This document shows positions 1-14,156 of a DNA stretch of 64,000 nucleotides, in pieces. The position numbers were made by a program, and so were the translations under genes. The stretch is from NCBI RefSeq assembly GCF_964204645.1, contig NC_134035.1:8712451-8776450 (forward strand), read 5' to 3'. Position 1 is the first letter of the stretch; every line of letters begins with the position of its first letter. This DNA is from Tubulanus polymorphus (taxonomy: Eukaryota; Animalia; Nemertea). The notes under the pieces are model-generated. The model did not search any database. It was not told where the DNA came from and saw nothing but the letters and a program-made list of their open reading frames with translations.

Positions 1-1764
1 TCTCGTTCGTCGAAATACTCGAAATTCTGTAATTATAAGTTAAAAAGTGAATCTTAAGTTGAACAATTACAAGTGAACTCGTTCTGAAGTACGGTCAACT
101 TGGTAAACTAGATCTCTAATCAGTCAATCGGCAATAGTCGAAAATGAAAGTAAAATTTACAATCAAAACTTTCAATTTACTTTACTTCAAAAATCAATTG
201 CTTAAATCGAAATGAAGGTTAAATCTAAATGACCAAGCGCTCAACAGGTTTTAATCATTATATCGAATTCATCAAAGAACTCCTATTATAAACCCGAATA
301 ACATATCCGTTCTGATGGCTCTTTTAAAGTGATTTTCACTGCGCGTCAAAGCTTCTATTATCATTGTAATCATTATCATTAATTCCCGATCGGATGAATC
401 TGCGAAAGTCGAATTTTACTCGCGTGAAATACGAAGATCGTAACGCGGGCTTTGTCCGCGACGCATATGTTGTCTTTGCGGAACAATAGCGGCGCGCTTT
501 ATTGCGTGGAAATAGCTGCTCATAAGAATCACAGAGCCTTTCACCTTATGGGCCCGGCAAATAATACAACAAGCTGTTGCACATCTTTATTGACTTATAT
601 CTTTTCGAGTTAATTCAATCATGTATATGAATTGTAGACATTCCCTGATTCGATTGATGGCCGCTGACACGGATTTACAAAATTCAAAGAACCTCCATAC
701 GGCATAGGCCTGATACATTATACATTATATTAAAGGTTCATTCGAATCACAAAATTGCGAATCTATACACGATGAAACTGCGATCGTTTCTGACATTGAT
801 TTCTTTGGGTAGAATTTGTCGGACCCCGATGTCAGGACTAACAATTAACTGTTAACTTCAACTATATTAAATGTTAAACAGTTGTGTTAAACGCGGGCCG
901 TTTGGAATTGGATGTTGTTTTGATTTCAAATGCCAGCCGTCGTTTATAGTTTTATCTATTCATGTATGGTGTATAATGATTTTTGAAGTAATCAATGCGC
1001 GCAATGACAAGCGAAACAGCGGGTTGTCGTTATTGACATGGGGCTAATAAAGCGAATTATAGTCATCATCGTCTAATCACAGATGAAATATCATATATAC
1101 AGCTTCGTATGCGCACGTTTTAAAATGATTTAGTTCGTTTGAAGAGGCGTGCAATTTAACACTTATATAGAGTTTTTATTGAAATATTCAATACGTTTTA
1201 TATAAGCTCGAGACGCCTATGTAAATAAATCATCTCCACCATTTTCATCTAGAAAACTTCACCCAAAAATGACTGTGGCGAAACTTGAGTGATAAAAATA
1301 TTAAAAAAAACGATTAAAATGCATTTCTAGTGAGGTTTTTTAAACATTAATCACCAAACGCGTGTTATTCTGCCAGGTCATATACCAATATAGATTTTTC
1401 CCGAATGTTCCATCATATCATATTGAAAAAGGTACAGAAACTTTGCCGGCTACTTAGCGCAGAGCAAATTAACATCTCGTAATAACTATTTCCGAAACTG
1501 TGTCGCCTCGCCTTACGCCTGTCACTGTTTAAGTGGTTTACGCAGGGTATATTTGATCATTTGACTCGCGGTTGCGCGCATGCCATGCTTACAATCGTAG
1601 ATATCAAAGTGCCACTCGGGATTCCCTATGATGACATCGCACCTGCGTATAACTATACATTGACACTCCACTTTGCAGATGGTTGTCATCTATATCTTCT
1701 CCGTGTATCGCCGTTTTAACGCGTATTATCAGCGTGTTCAGTTATCTCTTCGCTTTTTTTTCAG

Positions 1765-4700
1765 CTTCGGGATCATTTCAAAACAACACGAGCTCCAGCG
1801 CATTCGTCAGCTACTCGTCGCCGATGAACTGTCTCGCGCAATCGCAACAATCACTTCCGTCACACCATCAACATCATCATCATCATCATAAATTCTGTAA
1901 TCTAACGTCTGCCGGTATGAACTGTACGTCGTGCGGACCGCGACCGCTCTACGACAATCCGTGTATTCACCCGGCTATGATGAGACACCCGTTCTTCCCA
2001 GGTAAACATGCCCGCCTCAACTCAACAGCGTTAAACCATCGATTCTAAAATGGTTTTAGAGTCCATGGTTAACCTCGAAAACGAAGCCATCGGCGCTCTT
2101 TGCTGAAGTGTGTAGTTGTGTAATAAGTAAGATCCTCCGATATCCCAGTAACTGCAGTTATATTGATAAACATTCTTTTGATAGATTTAGTTCCTGGGAT
2201 GTTCGAGGAACCAAGCTACAGCACGTTTCCAAACGTCAACTACGAACTCCCATGATCGAAACCTCTGATTTTCACCTGGCCAATGTGAACTCAACTATCA
2301 ATATATTAACTCACAATTTAGTCTAATTAGTATAGATCCACACTGTTGAAAATTTGTTCATGATATAATCGTATTTTCATATTTGTATCTCGTTATTGTA
2401 TCTTATTTCCTATATCCGTACATGGCGTTTATTCATTCGCGTCGACTTTTAAAAGTTTCGATATAATCAAATATAAAAGGTGTTGACACGTGCTGATATC
2501 ATAACAACTCTCTTTACCCTCCTCGACACCCACTGATCGCAATATTGATTCCCGCGTTCTTCTCCGATTGACGAACTTTCGTCGAAAATAAAACTTTGCC
2601 ATTGTCAAAAATGGTGCTTGACATGGAAAATATAGTTGTAATGAAATTTGAGTCGACACGAGTCAACGACCCTTCAAATGAAACGATTTTCGTCAGTCGT
2701 AGACGGCCCTGGTTTCAGACGCTGGATGATTTATCGTTCATTTTTGGTTTATAAAAGTTAAGCCCGCAAATGATTTTGAAACCTGACTTGATTATTGAAG
2801 ATAATAAACGGAATGGTGTTAATTTTGAACTATGGCATCATTGACTCATGCGTTACCAAAACCACATAGAAACTGCATTGTATACACTAATATATAAGTC
2901 AAAAGTAATTTAATTGTTTAATTTTGTGGGGTAAATCAATATTTGAAAATTACATCAGATCATACTTATTACTATCACTAGAAAGTATAACATTTATAGT
3001 CAAACATTGCTCAAGCATAGAATTAGTTATACCTCCATAGGTACACTCGCAACACCCTACGCATACTAACAACTTCTGAACAAGGACTTAGAAAATATTG
3101 TCTCATGAAGACTGAATTATGGTCTGATATATGTAATATGTAAACACGACTCTTGTAAAAGTTATTTTCAAGTGTTGTGTTGCCCGCACAATACGAATTT
3201 CAATAGCTTTAACAATTTTGACTTGAAGTCCTACAAAATTCACACAAAAAAGATGACTGAAATTCCTTTATAATTGAACTAAACGTTTCATTTCAGGTTC
3301 TGCCATGTTACCTTTACCGAACGCTTTCACATTCCTGAGCAACATGCGAGGAAAACCGAGACGAGGAATGCTCCGACGAGCGGTGTTCTCCGACCTACAA
3401 AGGAAGGGTTTGGAAAAGACGTTTCAAAAGCAGAAATACATCAGTAAACCCGACCGCAAAAAGTTGGCAGCGAAGTTGGGCTTGAAGGACTCGCAGGTAA
3501 AACAAATTTCATATCGCATCGAAACATAACACCATGATATTCCAAAAAACAACTTTATTTCAAGCGGGGACGATATGAAAATCGATCAATAGATTAAATA
3601 GATTATATCGTGAGATAATCTTGATATAGCATAGCACGAATATTCATGAATAGCATGAATATAAGTAAAATATTCAGGCGCGTTGGAAGCAATATTTTTG
3701 ATCGCCACGAATTTACTTCAATTCCGTCAAAAACATGATATTCAAAGAAGAGAAGCGTCATTCAGTAAATTATTACCGCTGCAGTCGCTACGGTTTCAAC
3801 ACCAAATCAAAGCCTGTCTTCGTCGAGAATAACATAGCTAATGATTGTGAACATCCAAAAATATATAAACCCATTTCACAAAACTGTGAATTGTATCAAC
3901 TGAATTCTGCGTGAGCTTTGGTGTAACACTTCCAAAACTGAACGGTACTCAAAAACTTATACATCTCCATCAACTCGAGCGTACGCTGTTTTCATACGCG
4001 ATGTTTTGATCGAAGAAAACTGTGGGGGAGTCTAAAGCTGGATTCACTCCGGTCTAATTAACCCTTGTCGTGTCTTACTTTCATTAATACGGCTTCGAAA
4101 TTACTCGTCGAAGTGGAGCCGGGCGCCGCTGTCGACTAAACAATAGATACAACGAACGACAAACGGCGTTATTCGCCTTGTCATCATCATTAAATGGGAT
4201 AATTTCAATATCGCATCGCTGAAACTTTTACGGCCTCGTGTGAAATAGAGCTTCATGCGTTACTTAACTTACACCGTGACGTCGCAGGCGTTACAGTTGC
4301 AAACGTCGGGTGAACGTCATTTAAAGATGAAAACATATGAATTCGTGAAATGTAAATATCGAAAATCAGCGACACGTGGTTCCGTGAATTCAATTTTTAA
4401 ATTATGTTTTTCAATGTTTGGTTCTTGTTCAATCTGGAGTTTCAATTTTCAATATAATAGGCGGCAATTAAAATGTAACCGTAATCCGGCACATGTGTAA
4501 TTCTAGTTTGAATCGTTAGTTTTGACCTGTTTATCTGAGTTTTATGTCCGCTAATAACCCTTCAGATTTAGCAGCAGTTCGGTTCTCAAATTTACGATTT
4601 GCAGTATAACTTATATATATATATATATATATAACGTATCGTTTTCATTTCAAAGAAATGAATTGTTTCGGCTTTTCAGTCGAAAACCGCTCGAATACTG

Positions 4701-6569
4701 AGCGCGCATTCGCGAACGCGTCGCAGAATTGAAATCAATGCACCACGCTCGGTGGCGGGGCACTCACACGCACCTGTTACGTCGAATAACTCGAGAATCG
4801 GGTCCATTCTGAAGTGGAAACTCGACGCAAAACGCGCTATTCGGGGCGCTATTGAAACTTGTAGAACGTCATATACACGAGTATTCAAAACATCGAGAGG
4901 TTTTTTCATGTACATACGATGAAACACCGAGTATAATAGTCGCCAAACAAGAGTTTTTAATGGGAATCAGTCAGGTTTTTAAGTGTCTCTTTTGTATGTT
5001 TTTTTTCGCTAAACGTGTTTCTGTGCAATCGGTGGCCGTGGTTTTGGAATATTGTCCCGCATTCTTCGCCGTCATCCATCGTGTCTATCGTCTGTTGGGT
5101 CGAGTCTCACGGACGCGTTCGCGGACTGGACGTGTCGTCCAAAAAAAACGGACCGGAAGCCTTCTTTTGAAAAGAAGGCTTAAATCCGTTCATTACCTCT
5201 TAATTCGAATATCAATTATTCAAGTCAAGAAACCGATCTACTGTTGACGATGTGGTTTTGATTTCCACGCGAAAACAACGAACACGTCAATCAAAGACAA
5301 TTCGTCGACGTATTTCGAGGTGATATCTTTCAATTGCGTCCGAGTTTTTTCGGGGGTCGATAGCGCGCGAAGTGACCCGATCGATGCGACCGATCGTTCA
5401 GACGCGCGCATATTACGATGCTTGTTCAGAGCCGCATGTCAACAAAAAAGCTGACGGACCATGCGCTCGGTTCCCATAGGAAATCGCATTGTCAATACAA
5501 TAAAGTATTCGGATAAAACGGAATGACCCGACTGTTAATGTGTTCTGTTCGCTTGAATACGATACGAAATACGAAACAACGGCTTTATTTACACCACGTG
5601 ATCGCGCCGGCTCGTCCCGGCGTCGTTCAAACAAACGTCGTTCCGAAGCGAAGATCGCATTTTTGACGGCGATTGTCAACGATGTGTCGGTGGTAGTTGA
5701 TTCAGTAATTTAATTCGATTAGAAGTTTAACAGATGCGCGTCCGTTTGTGATGACAGTCGATATCCGATTTAGACTTGACACCCGCGTATAAATAGATTT
5801 TCTCGCTATAGCTATCATCAGTGTGATCAACCGGAGTTAAGATCGATGACCGGTTTAAACCCATTTTGGTTCTTACCCTATCTAACAAACAACAAACCCA
5901 CAATTAGATGAAACAAACTGACGAGTCGACTCGATTCTATGGGTCATTTTCAGAATCTGTGGCTTTTTCACTTAATCGGTATCAGACGTTTGTCTATAGA
6001 AACCAACAACAAACCTTTGAAGTATTTTAGAACGATTTTGGAAAATTTTCCCTTAGAATATATACGATATAGCTTGAATGATAAAGCAATTCCACCATTG
6101 TAGATTAATGATTGTGTTAATACAGAATCTATGCAAATTTCAGTTCGGATGGGAATGTACTAACTACTTAACCACGACTTTAAGAAACCTGCAGTTTAAT
6201 AAATCAGGATTTTTGCTTCGTATTTTGCAGGTGAAAATCTGGTTCCAGAATCGTCGAATGAAATGGCGAAATTCGAAAGAACGCGAACTGTTATCGTCGG
6301 GCGGAAGTCGGGAGTCGACCCTGCCCGGCAAGGGAAATCAAAATCCGGACTTGAGCGACGTGATGAACGTCGACGCGAAATCGTCGCCGCTTGACAATCT
6401 GAGTTTAGATAGCGAACGAGTGGTAATTAGCCCCGTGTCTAGTCACTGCGGGTCGCCGCTGATGATGATCGCGCCGCCGGATCGCAGCAAAGAAAACGAT
6501 CCGATCCTGTTGGAAGAGGATGATGACGACGACGATGACGATGACGATGAAGAGATAACAGTATCGTAG
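1765..6569 (+). CDS. DBX1: Dbx (developing brain homeobox) transcription factor, 5'-partial; exons 1765-2001, 3297-3496, 6231-6569
   Basis: Spliced translation gives GKPRRGMLRRAVFSDLQRKGLEKTFQKQKYISKPDRKKLAAKLGLKDSQ|VKIWFQNRRMKWRNSKERELLSSGGSRESTLP, the Dbx homeodomain and its flanks. Junctions are GT-AG and phase-consistent (phase 1, then 0). The upstream exon is His-rich and the tail is acidic, ending EEITVS. No first (ATG) exon was found, so it probably lies upstream of the window. Confidence 0.93.
2037..2067. mobile_element. Micro-hairpin insertion/footprint of the CATGGAC...GTCCATG family
   Basis: catcgattctaaaa-tgg-ttttagagtccatg flanked by gttaaac / gttaacc (6 of 7 matching). Confidence 0.55.
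4612..4632. repeat. (TA)n microsatellite
   Basis: Direct read. Confidence 0.85.
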
Positions 6570-7878
6570 TAAACAGTCACAGTGTATATGTATATAATAG
6601 AATATAGATCACTATATAATGTAATATATTGTGTATAAACATCATACATTATGTTAAAGCGCAATTCGAATCTATACATTGTGTACATAATCACCGGACC
6701 GCAAATCAAGATATCCTCTATTGTGGGTTGATTTTGTGTTATTTCCTCTTAAAGATGAATCCGTATTCCTCATAATTAACTACTGTGATTATGATATTTT
6801 CAATAATTTATTTGCCCAGCCTTAATAAGAATGAAGGAGTCAATATGAAAGTGGATAGCTATCATTCGACAGTGGTTAATCTACTATGTTTATAGATAAC
6901 GAATACATGTGCTAGTCGCGATTGTGATAGAAACAAGAACATCTGTAATTCCGATTTTTAAAAGACAATTCATTCATATACGCATTGATTAGGCTACATG
7001 TCGCTTGCAGGAGCGCAGATGTATGATAATCATATTATCTCGTTCGATAGCCTTTTTAACTTATCTGAAATGTCATATATAATGTCTGTAGAATCCACAA
7101 TCGCAGAAAATGTCGAAATGTCACATCGAATTCTAACTGAACGATGGATATCATATTGTATTTATTTTCCATGTGGAAATCGTGAATTCTTTAGAAAAAG
7201 TCTCTGTCCAGTTTTAAACATATACGCATCTCATCTCCAAACATGTTGATTTATTTGTGCCAATGATTTCATGATCTTTTCATGATTAGTGCTTAATGAA
7301 TTACTGGGGCATGACTTAAAATTAATAATTTCATCGAAAATTATAATGATAATCAGTCAAGCGAAATACAAAAATAACCATGTAAATATACACTGAATGC
7401 ACAAGTTCAGTCTAAGGTTGTTTTTATAAAGGAATCGACATAGTTTGTACATATCACGAAAATTGATTATTATAACCTATTTAATAAAGATAATCGGCAT
7501 AATTCAAAATCAGTGGTTTTTTGTGATTCTATTATGTTTATCACGAGCTTTGCACCCGGTAACACAACTGTCGGTCTGTATTAGAATTTAAGACATTTCA
7601 TTTAACGCCTTTTCTCAAAATTGAAGGAGTTCGAAAGGATTTTCTGGCATTTTGTCCAAATTAAAGGAGTCAGTAGCATCTTTAAAAGTATTTCCCGTTT
7701 TGAAAGAGTTTTTAAGGAACCAACGCGTCGTATCATAGGGACCTTCCCTGCGAAACAAACCACGACCGAAATGTTGTAAAATGAACGCATGTTCGACGTA
7801 TTGAAGTCCAGACTGGTGCCGTTTCGCCAATTCTCTCATTGTCACCTCAGTCTGATGATAAAAATGTTAGCACAACTA

Positions 7879-8056
7879 CAGTCAACCCCCAATAATATAC
7901 CACCCTCCCATTTACCGCCACCCCCGCCTACCGCCAGGTTTGCTTAATGTATATGTCTATACATAGTAACCCCCCCCCCCCCCAATATACCGCCATACTC
8001 TCTATACCGACAAAATCGGTCTGCACCGATGTGGACGGTATATCGGGGGTTGACTG
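7879..8056. mobile_element. Tc1/mariner-pogo (Tigger-like) MITE
   Basis: TIRs CAGTCAACCCCC(A/G)ATA ... TATCGGGGGTTGACTG with TA on both sides (7877-7878, 8057-8058). Confidence 0.8.
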
Positions 8057-9825
8057 TATATAGGAAGGATGGCGCCGAGGATGACATGCAACACCCAATA
8101 ATTCTAAAATATTACTGACATGAATTAATCCTTGTACTTAAAAAATTACATTACATATACAAGATTCAGGGAGTATACATCCTCAAAGATACGATGATTT
8201 TCGAGATTATTGTAATTTCTTGAAATGACCTGAATATTTTCATCGACTGCAGCGCGAGAGATATGTTGATTTTATACCGGGGGAGGCAATTATTGAAGAC
8301 GGATGTGAACGAAATGAGTCGAGCGAAAATTTGACACCAAAAGACCCGTAGATATGAGCCGAATACTTAACGATCCATTTACATCGTATAGAGTGGCATC
8401 TGGTCGAGGTCGGTGGAGCGTTATCCGCGGTGAAATCGAGCCGAAACCGAAATGTATCTCCGCCGCCATTAACTAAGTGAGACAGCAGCACCAGCAGCAG
8501 CAGCAACGATGGGTTATTTTAGTGAAATTGTCCGAAGAGATTCGAAGATTTACTACTTTCACTGCGCGGGAAGAAACTCAGTGAAAAGCATGTCATTACT
8601 ACAAAGACTTTCGTTTACGGGTGATATAGTTTTAGTCGACGCCGCCCACGTCTATTTTCGCAACGCGATTTGCACGGCTTCAACTGTGAAACATATTGAA
8701 AAACGAATATTGTTCTTCATGATTTAAGATTCCGTTAAAAAGTCTTTTTATCATCCGCGCGCGAGACATAAAAACGCTATTCGCGTCAATGAAATTACGC
8801 CTCGGCATTGTGATTCGATATGTATGAAATACGACTTGACGGTGAAAAGAATTCGTATCATTGAACTCAAAAATCTGAAGTCTCTTCGCCTCCTGTGGCC
8901 TATAGCGACACGTGCCTGGCATTCGTTCAGCCTTCACCAGCCGGTGAAAACTAGCCGGAAAACAATGAATCCAAACGCATGAAATTAATAAATTTGTCTA
9001 AAATACGCCGATATATCATTCGTTTATAGGCACGTTTGAAACGACTAGATTTGAACTAAAACTGTTTTGTTTAGGAAAGCGCAACGTCCTTTTCGCACTT
9101 GTTTGTCGTTTTCGAACCGACATCGCACGGAACCCGGTCCCAGGTGAACCCGCGCGCCAGATAAAGCTTCGCGCTATTGTTTCCTAATCAATTGTTCATA
9201 CGGGCTGTGTCAGAACGTTTCGAAACGTGAAATACAGAAGTACATAACGAATGATTCATCTAAATTGAAAAGATTGAAAAGCCGAAATGATAACAAAATG
9301 GATAATGTTTTCGATGTTCAACGCTACTGTCAATAGGGACACTTATGATTAGTTTGACATTTTGATCCATATGTGACCAACGATACGTATACTACTGATG
9401 TGTTATTGTTGTACAATAAACACGTGCGACCGATTTGTTTGTGACGACGAAGCTGCATCATCGTTTTACGGAGTTCAACATGTGTCCAGCCATGGTCCAC
9501 CGACAGCCTATTATGTCGATTATGCGATAAAACTGTTGTTAGCGTTTCAACTGACCAGTTTTCACCGGCTGTCGAGAGCTTGTGCACGTGGTGCGAGTTG
9601 TGACTGGACTACCGTGCCGTCGACGCGCGGCTGCTGACCCTAACACGCCGACCATTTCTACGCGCATCGCTGGTCGCTATTTAATAGAATCATCAACTGT
9701 TTAATTTTATGGCTTAATGCGAACGTTGATTCGTTATAGAAACAATGATATCGCAATAATAGAAAGACTAAAAGATTTGTAGACGATTCAAATCATCGCG
9801 CGCGATTCTTTCACAGTTGGCATTA

Positions 9826-10611
9826 AGGCTGGCTTATGTCGACAAGCAACGCGACGCCTACCGACGCAACTGGGTTTATCGCTGATTAGCGGCAACTAGC
9901 GGCCTACGAGAGGCGCCAGTTGCTCCTCAATCGGTTCGACATAAGCCAGCTTGCGACGGCAACGCGACGCCTACCGACTCGTCGCAAGCCGTATCCGGCT
10001 AGTTGCCCATGTTCTACTCCGGCCTACGGTAGGCGGGCAGTTGCTTTCGATCGCAGCCGACATAAGCTCACCTGCGACGCGACGGAACTGAGCGCAGGGG
10101 TTCCAGCCAATGAAAGACCGCATATACATAGTACAAATTATCACCACTAGTTAGCGTCAATCGTGATTAGTCATAAACTTTCAAATTCAAGTAGTTCAAA
10201 ACGTAAACCAAACCTTCAGCACGGCAGAGGACTGGACCGAAGATCTAGAAACGAAATTTGTAGAATCATGGTGTGAGCGGCCATCTTTATATGATGTCGC
10301 TAGCACGTTGTATTCAAAGCAGAATCAGAAAGATCAAAGTCTTAAAGAAATAGCTTTTCTAATAGAAATATATTTCCTAATAATTCAAATTTATTCTCAA
10401 AATGCTTATCACGTGACCATTTGAGCCGTTGCAGTTGCTAGTAATCGCATAAGCAGGGAAGCAACTGGGACGATCTCAGATCCCGCTAGTCGGCCTCAGT
10501 TGCTGCGAATCCGAGCGCAGTCGACATAAGCTGGGCTGCGATCGCGGTTGCTCTCAGTTGCGTCGGTAGGAGTCGGTAGGCGTCGCGTTGCTTGTCGACA
10601 TAAGCCAGCCT
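9826..10611 (+). mobile_element. Non-autonomous PIF/Harbinger element with a MADF/Myb-SANT ORF remnant
   Basis: About 40-bp perfect TIRs AGGCTGGCTTATGTCGACAAGCAACGCGACGCCTACCGAC and a TTA target duplication (9823-9825, 10612-10614). Internal CGACATAAGC repeats. 10233-10423 reads WTEDLETKFVESWCERPSLYDVASTLYSKQNQKDQSLKEIA, which is MADF-like. Confidence 0.85.
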
Positions 10612-11424
10612 TTACGAACCTCGGTTCGTTGAGCCTGACTCGGTCAAACCTTTTAGGGGTACTTAACACTTTCAGAAAAAAAATTGCCGAATCAGTATAA
10701 TGATATTGCTAACGTTTAATCTGCTAAAATTGTCTTCTTGTATCTAGTACGTGTATTCTGAATCTATATTGATCAACATAACAAAGTCGTAATGATATGC
10801 TTCAGGAATTGTTAGGTATTCAAATTCCCATGATCACAACATCAAAATATGTTCGGACAGATTTATCATTCCTATTTGATGCCATATGGATTGAAGTATC
10901 TAACTCATTTTATTGAGTTAATCGCTGAGTTATTTTCGCTCAAATTACAGAATATCGGGTGTCATTTGACTAAATTGAAAATTGCTCTCACGAATATTTC
11001 AACGGCAATTGTATGTGATGGAGCCGTGTCTTACACGAACCTATCAAAGAGATCCGGTCGTTGAGACACCTGATACGACCGGCTACCCTTACGCGCACCT
11101 GTTTGCATTGATTTGTTCTCTTTTTCCGTTCGATATTGACTGTTAATACGCGTGTATAGAAAAACAGCGGCTGCGTGTAAGAAAAATTGTAAAAGTCATA
11201 ACATTTGACAAACCCTGGCTCTCCATCCACTCTTCTGCGCACCTGTTCACCAGGAATTTGCACGCAAATTCATAAATTGAATATATGACCGAACTGAATT
11301 CAATCTGCATGAATCCATTTGACACTTACGGTACATTTTCAAATTCGATAAGGGTTAGCATGTCGTACGTCAATGCGCATAAATGACCCCTATAGTTGTT
11401 CATTGTTCATGTCTGATCATTTTC

Positions 11425-11951
11425 CAGGCGCGGATTCAGACGATAGCGCCGTATAAGGTACGTGCAACCATCGCGAAAAACCCGTCGTGCCCTTTTTTCA
11501 TTCGTTTTTCATCCCCAAAGTAAAAAGGGCACATTTGGTCGTCCCTTTGACTCCAAAGAAAAGGGAACATTTTCCTACAAGACGAAGCAGATAAAGACGA
11601 AGAGATTTCAAGCGATACGACACATTCAGTCGTCGATCAATTCCGAAAATTAAGAAAGAGGACTTTTAGTCGACTAACAATCCTGATTTCCACAAGACAA
11701 GGCGGATAATTTGTAACACAATTCTTCGGGCTTTCATCATCATTGCCTATAGAAACTACATCTCAATGCAGTAAATTTTCTAGAAAGCATTTCAGATCAG
11801 GACTTCATAGCTTATGGGAATTTAAGTAAAAAATGCAGTTATTTTCAAAGTTTTCCGCCGGGACCTCCAGACCCCCATTTGTTGTGTATTATCAATTATT
11901 CTTTATATAAGTTGTAATACCCTATAATAGTGGTCGCCGGACCCGCACCTG
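11425..11951. mobile_element. Degenerate MITE of the CAGG(G/C)GCGGAT(C/T)CAG type
   Basis: Ends CAGGCGCGGATTCAG ... CCGGACCCGCACCTG. Related ends occur at about 18872, 20307, 52024 and 53006-53265. TSD unclear. Confidence 0.45.
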
Positions 11952-14133
11952 ATTTTAATCACATTCTACTGTTCGCGATCGTCATTTCTACTCGTGTATC
12001 GATACATATACGGTGCACGTGTTGATCTTGAGAAAGACGACGGCTGGTGTCGATCGAAAACCGGGGCAAAAGTTCACTGCATAGGAAAGTCGTCACGCAT
12101 CCACGCGTTTACTAACAGTCGTGATTATACTTCGTAATATTTTCGGTAATAAATCATGCCTTTTTTTCTACGTGTGACTGGCGCATCTTTTCAGTGCCTC
12201 TATGAATATCGCGCGCTGGTAGCGAAACAAAACGCGGGCGTTAAATTCGCTCTCGAAAGAAATAAATCAGTTTCCAGTTCGCGGAAAGTCGAAGAAAGTT
12301 CAAACCGGGCTCCGCGCGGTGTGTCACAGATGGATTTCATGATATCCTATCGGGACAAAACAAAAACGTCAATGAAATGCTTTATGATATCTATACATAA
12401 TCAATTCATTGTGTCACAATCCTCTCCTCAGAGATGCATGGGTTCAGTGTGCGAGTGCGTGTCAGATGGGTTAAAAAACACACCTTTTTTACACTATTGT
12501 CCATAAATCTTCGTGGCCGATTCAAGGTTTCTCACCTGCCTCGAAATGTGTCGTATACTCAAAGCTTATTTGCCAACATATCGCAAGTGACAAACAGGTT
12601 AATTTTAAGAATGAACTTGCGGTACTGAAATGATGCCCAAAACAATTAAAATTGATGGAAATATTTTCATTGTTAAAAATACGGGGGTATCTCATGATCC
12701 TTATATTCCGCAATAGTTAGGCAACTAAAAAACCGACAATTCTCTTTGATCGGGGCAGAATGAGTCCTTCTTCCACAATGGCTACTTAAATGTACTCAAC
12801 AATAAGAATATTTCTTTGTTAAATCACAATACACCGAGTGAAGTTTTATTTACATTTTCAATCATGACGCTTTAAACGCGACTATGAAATATCCGCGAAA
12901 TATTGATCGGTGTTTTTTTTTGTCTGTCGGCTTTTCTTTCAATACATCTTCGAATCTCATAATCATTAAAGGTTCTCAGTTTGTGGCCTATGGCCCGCAG
13001 GCGCTATTCATAGACCTTAATCCGACTTTATCTGCTGTGAAATGCGTTTGTAGTTTTTTCCCATCTACTTCAATTCGTGTTTGAAGGATTATCGTATGCT
13101 TTCGAAAAACACGCGCGTACATATAGTCGGTGTTGGGCGATACTCGGCCTGTCCAATTACAGCTTATGCGTATAAACATAATTAATATAATACGCGCTTT
13201 AGAATAAAAAACCCTGCGACGATTAAAAGCTGTTTTAGGGCGGCATGACTGTTGTGAGAACGGCAAGATCCGCAAAATAAACACCGTCGGCAAAACGGGA
13301 TTAGTATTTCTATAGGTCGGAACGCGATAAATCTGCTGTATAGCCGATGATATTATACCGGCTCGATTCGCCATACCTCGGAGGCGCTTTTCTAAGCATT
13401 CACAGTCGTTTTGTGTGAGCTGATCGTTTGAGTCGCGGTTCGCGATTTCGAATTTCACAGATTATTAGCCAGTAAACGAACCGGGCGGTAAACCAAACAA
13501 CATTTTCGGTGTTTACAAGTAGATTTCGATGGCGCATAATAAAAGCCCATTTAGCGAACACTTAACACGTTTTGTATTGGATTGGCCGGTGGGTATAGCG
13601 GATGTAGAACCCATATAGCCACACAGCATCCGGGGGGAGTTCGAAATCTCATCACTGCACCCGCTCTATTGATAAACTTTCACGGTGTGGAGCAAATAAA
13701 AACACCCATTCTGAATCCGAGTATCGAGCACGTAGGTGCCGTGGCCCCGGGTAAAACATACCCGCCCGCATTAGAAATTTACAAAGAAATCCTGTTTGTT
13801 TTCATTGCAAATTAATACAAGATATTGAACACGGAATATTCAATCTGGGACCTTCCCTTTTGCGCTTAAGACGCCATCATTGTCCGGTATGGCTCCGGTG
13901 TCTACTCGATAAATCCAAACACAAACATTTTTCTCCATTCGTTTCGGCAAACAAACATTGTCTGTGATGATTAGTAAATTTGCCGATTTAGATGCAATCC
14001 GTGCATTATCGCCTAGAAATCTGTTTCTAATAGTCTCTTTCTAATAGCGGTGTTGCTACCGAGGCGCGCATAAGGTTTCTCATTTAATGATTTGTTTCGC
14101 AAACTAAAATCAAGTCTTAACACTTAATCTGAT

Positions 14134-14156
14134 CATGGACGTATAAAACGTCCATG
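14134..14156. mobile_element. Micro-hairpin insertion/footprint with 7-bp TSD
   Basis: atctgat [catggacgtataaaacgtccatg] atctgat. Confidence 0.75.
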
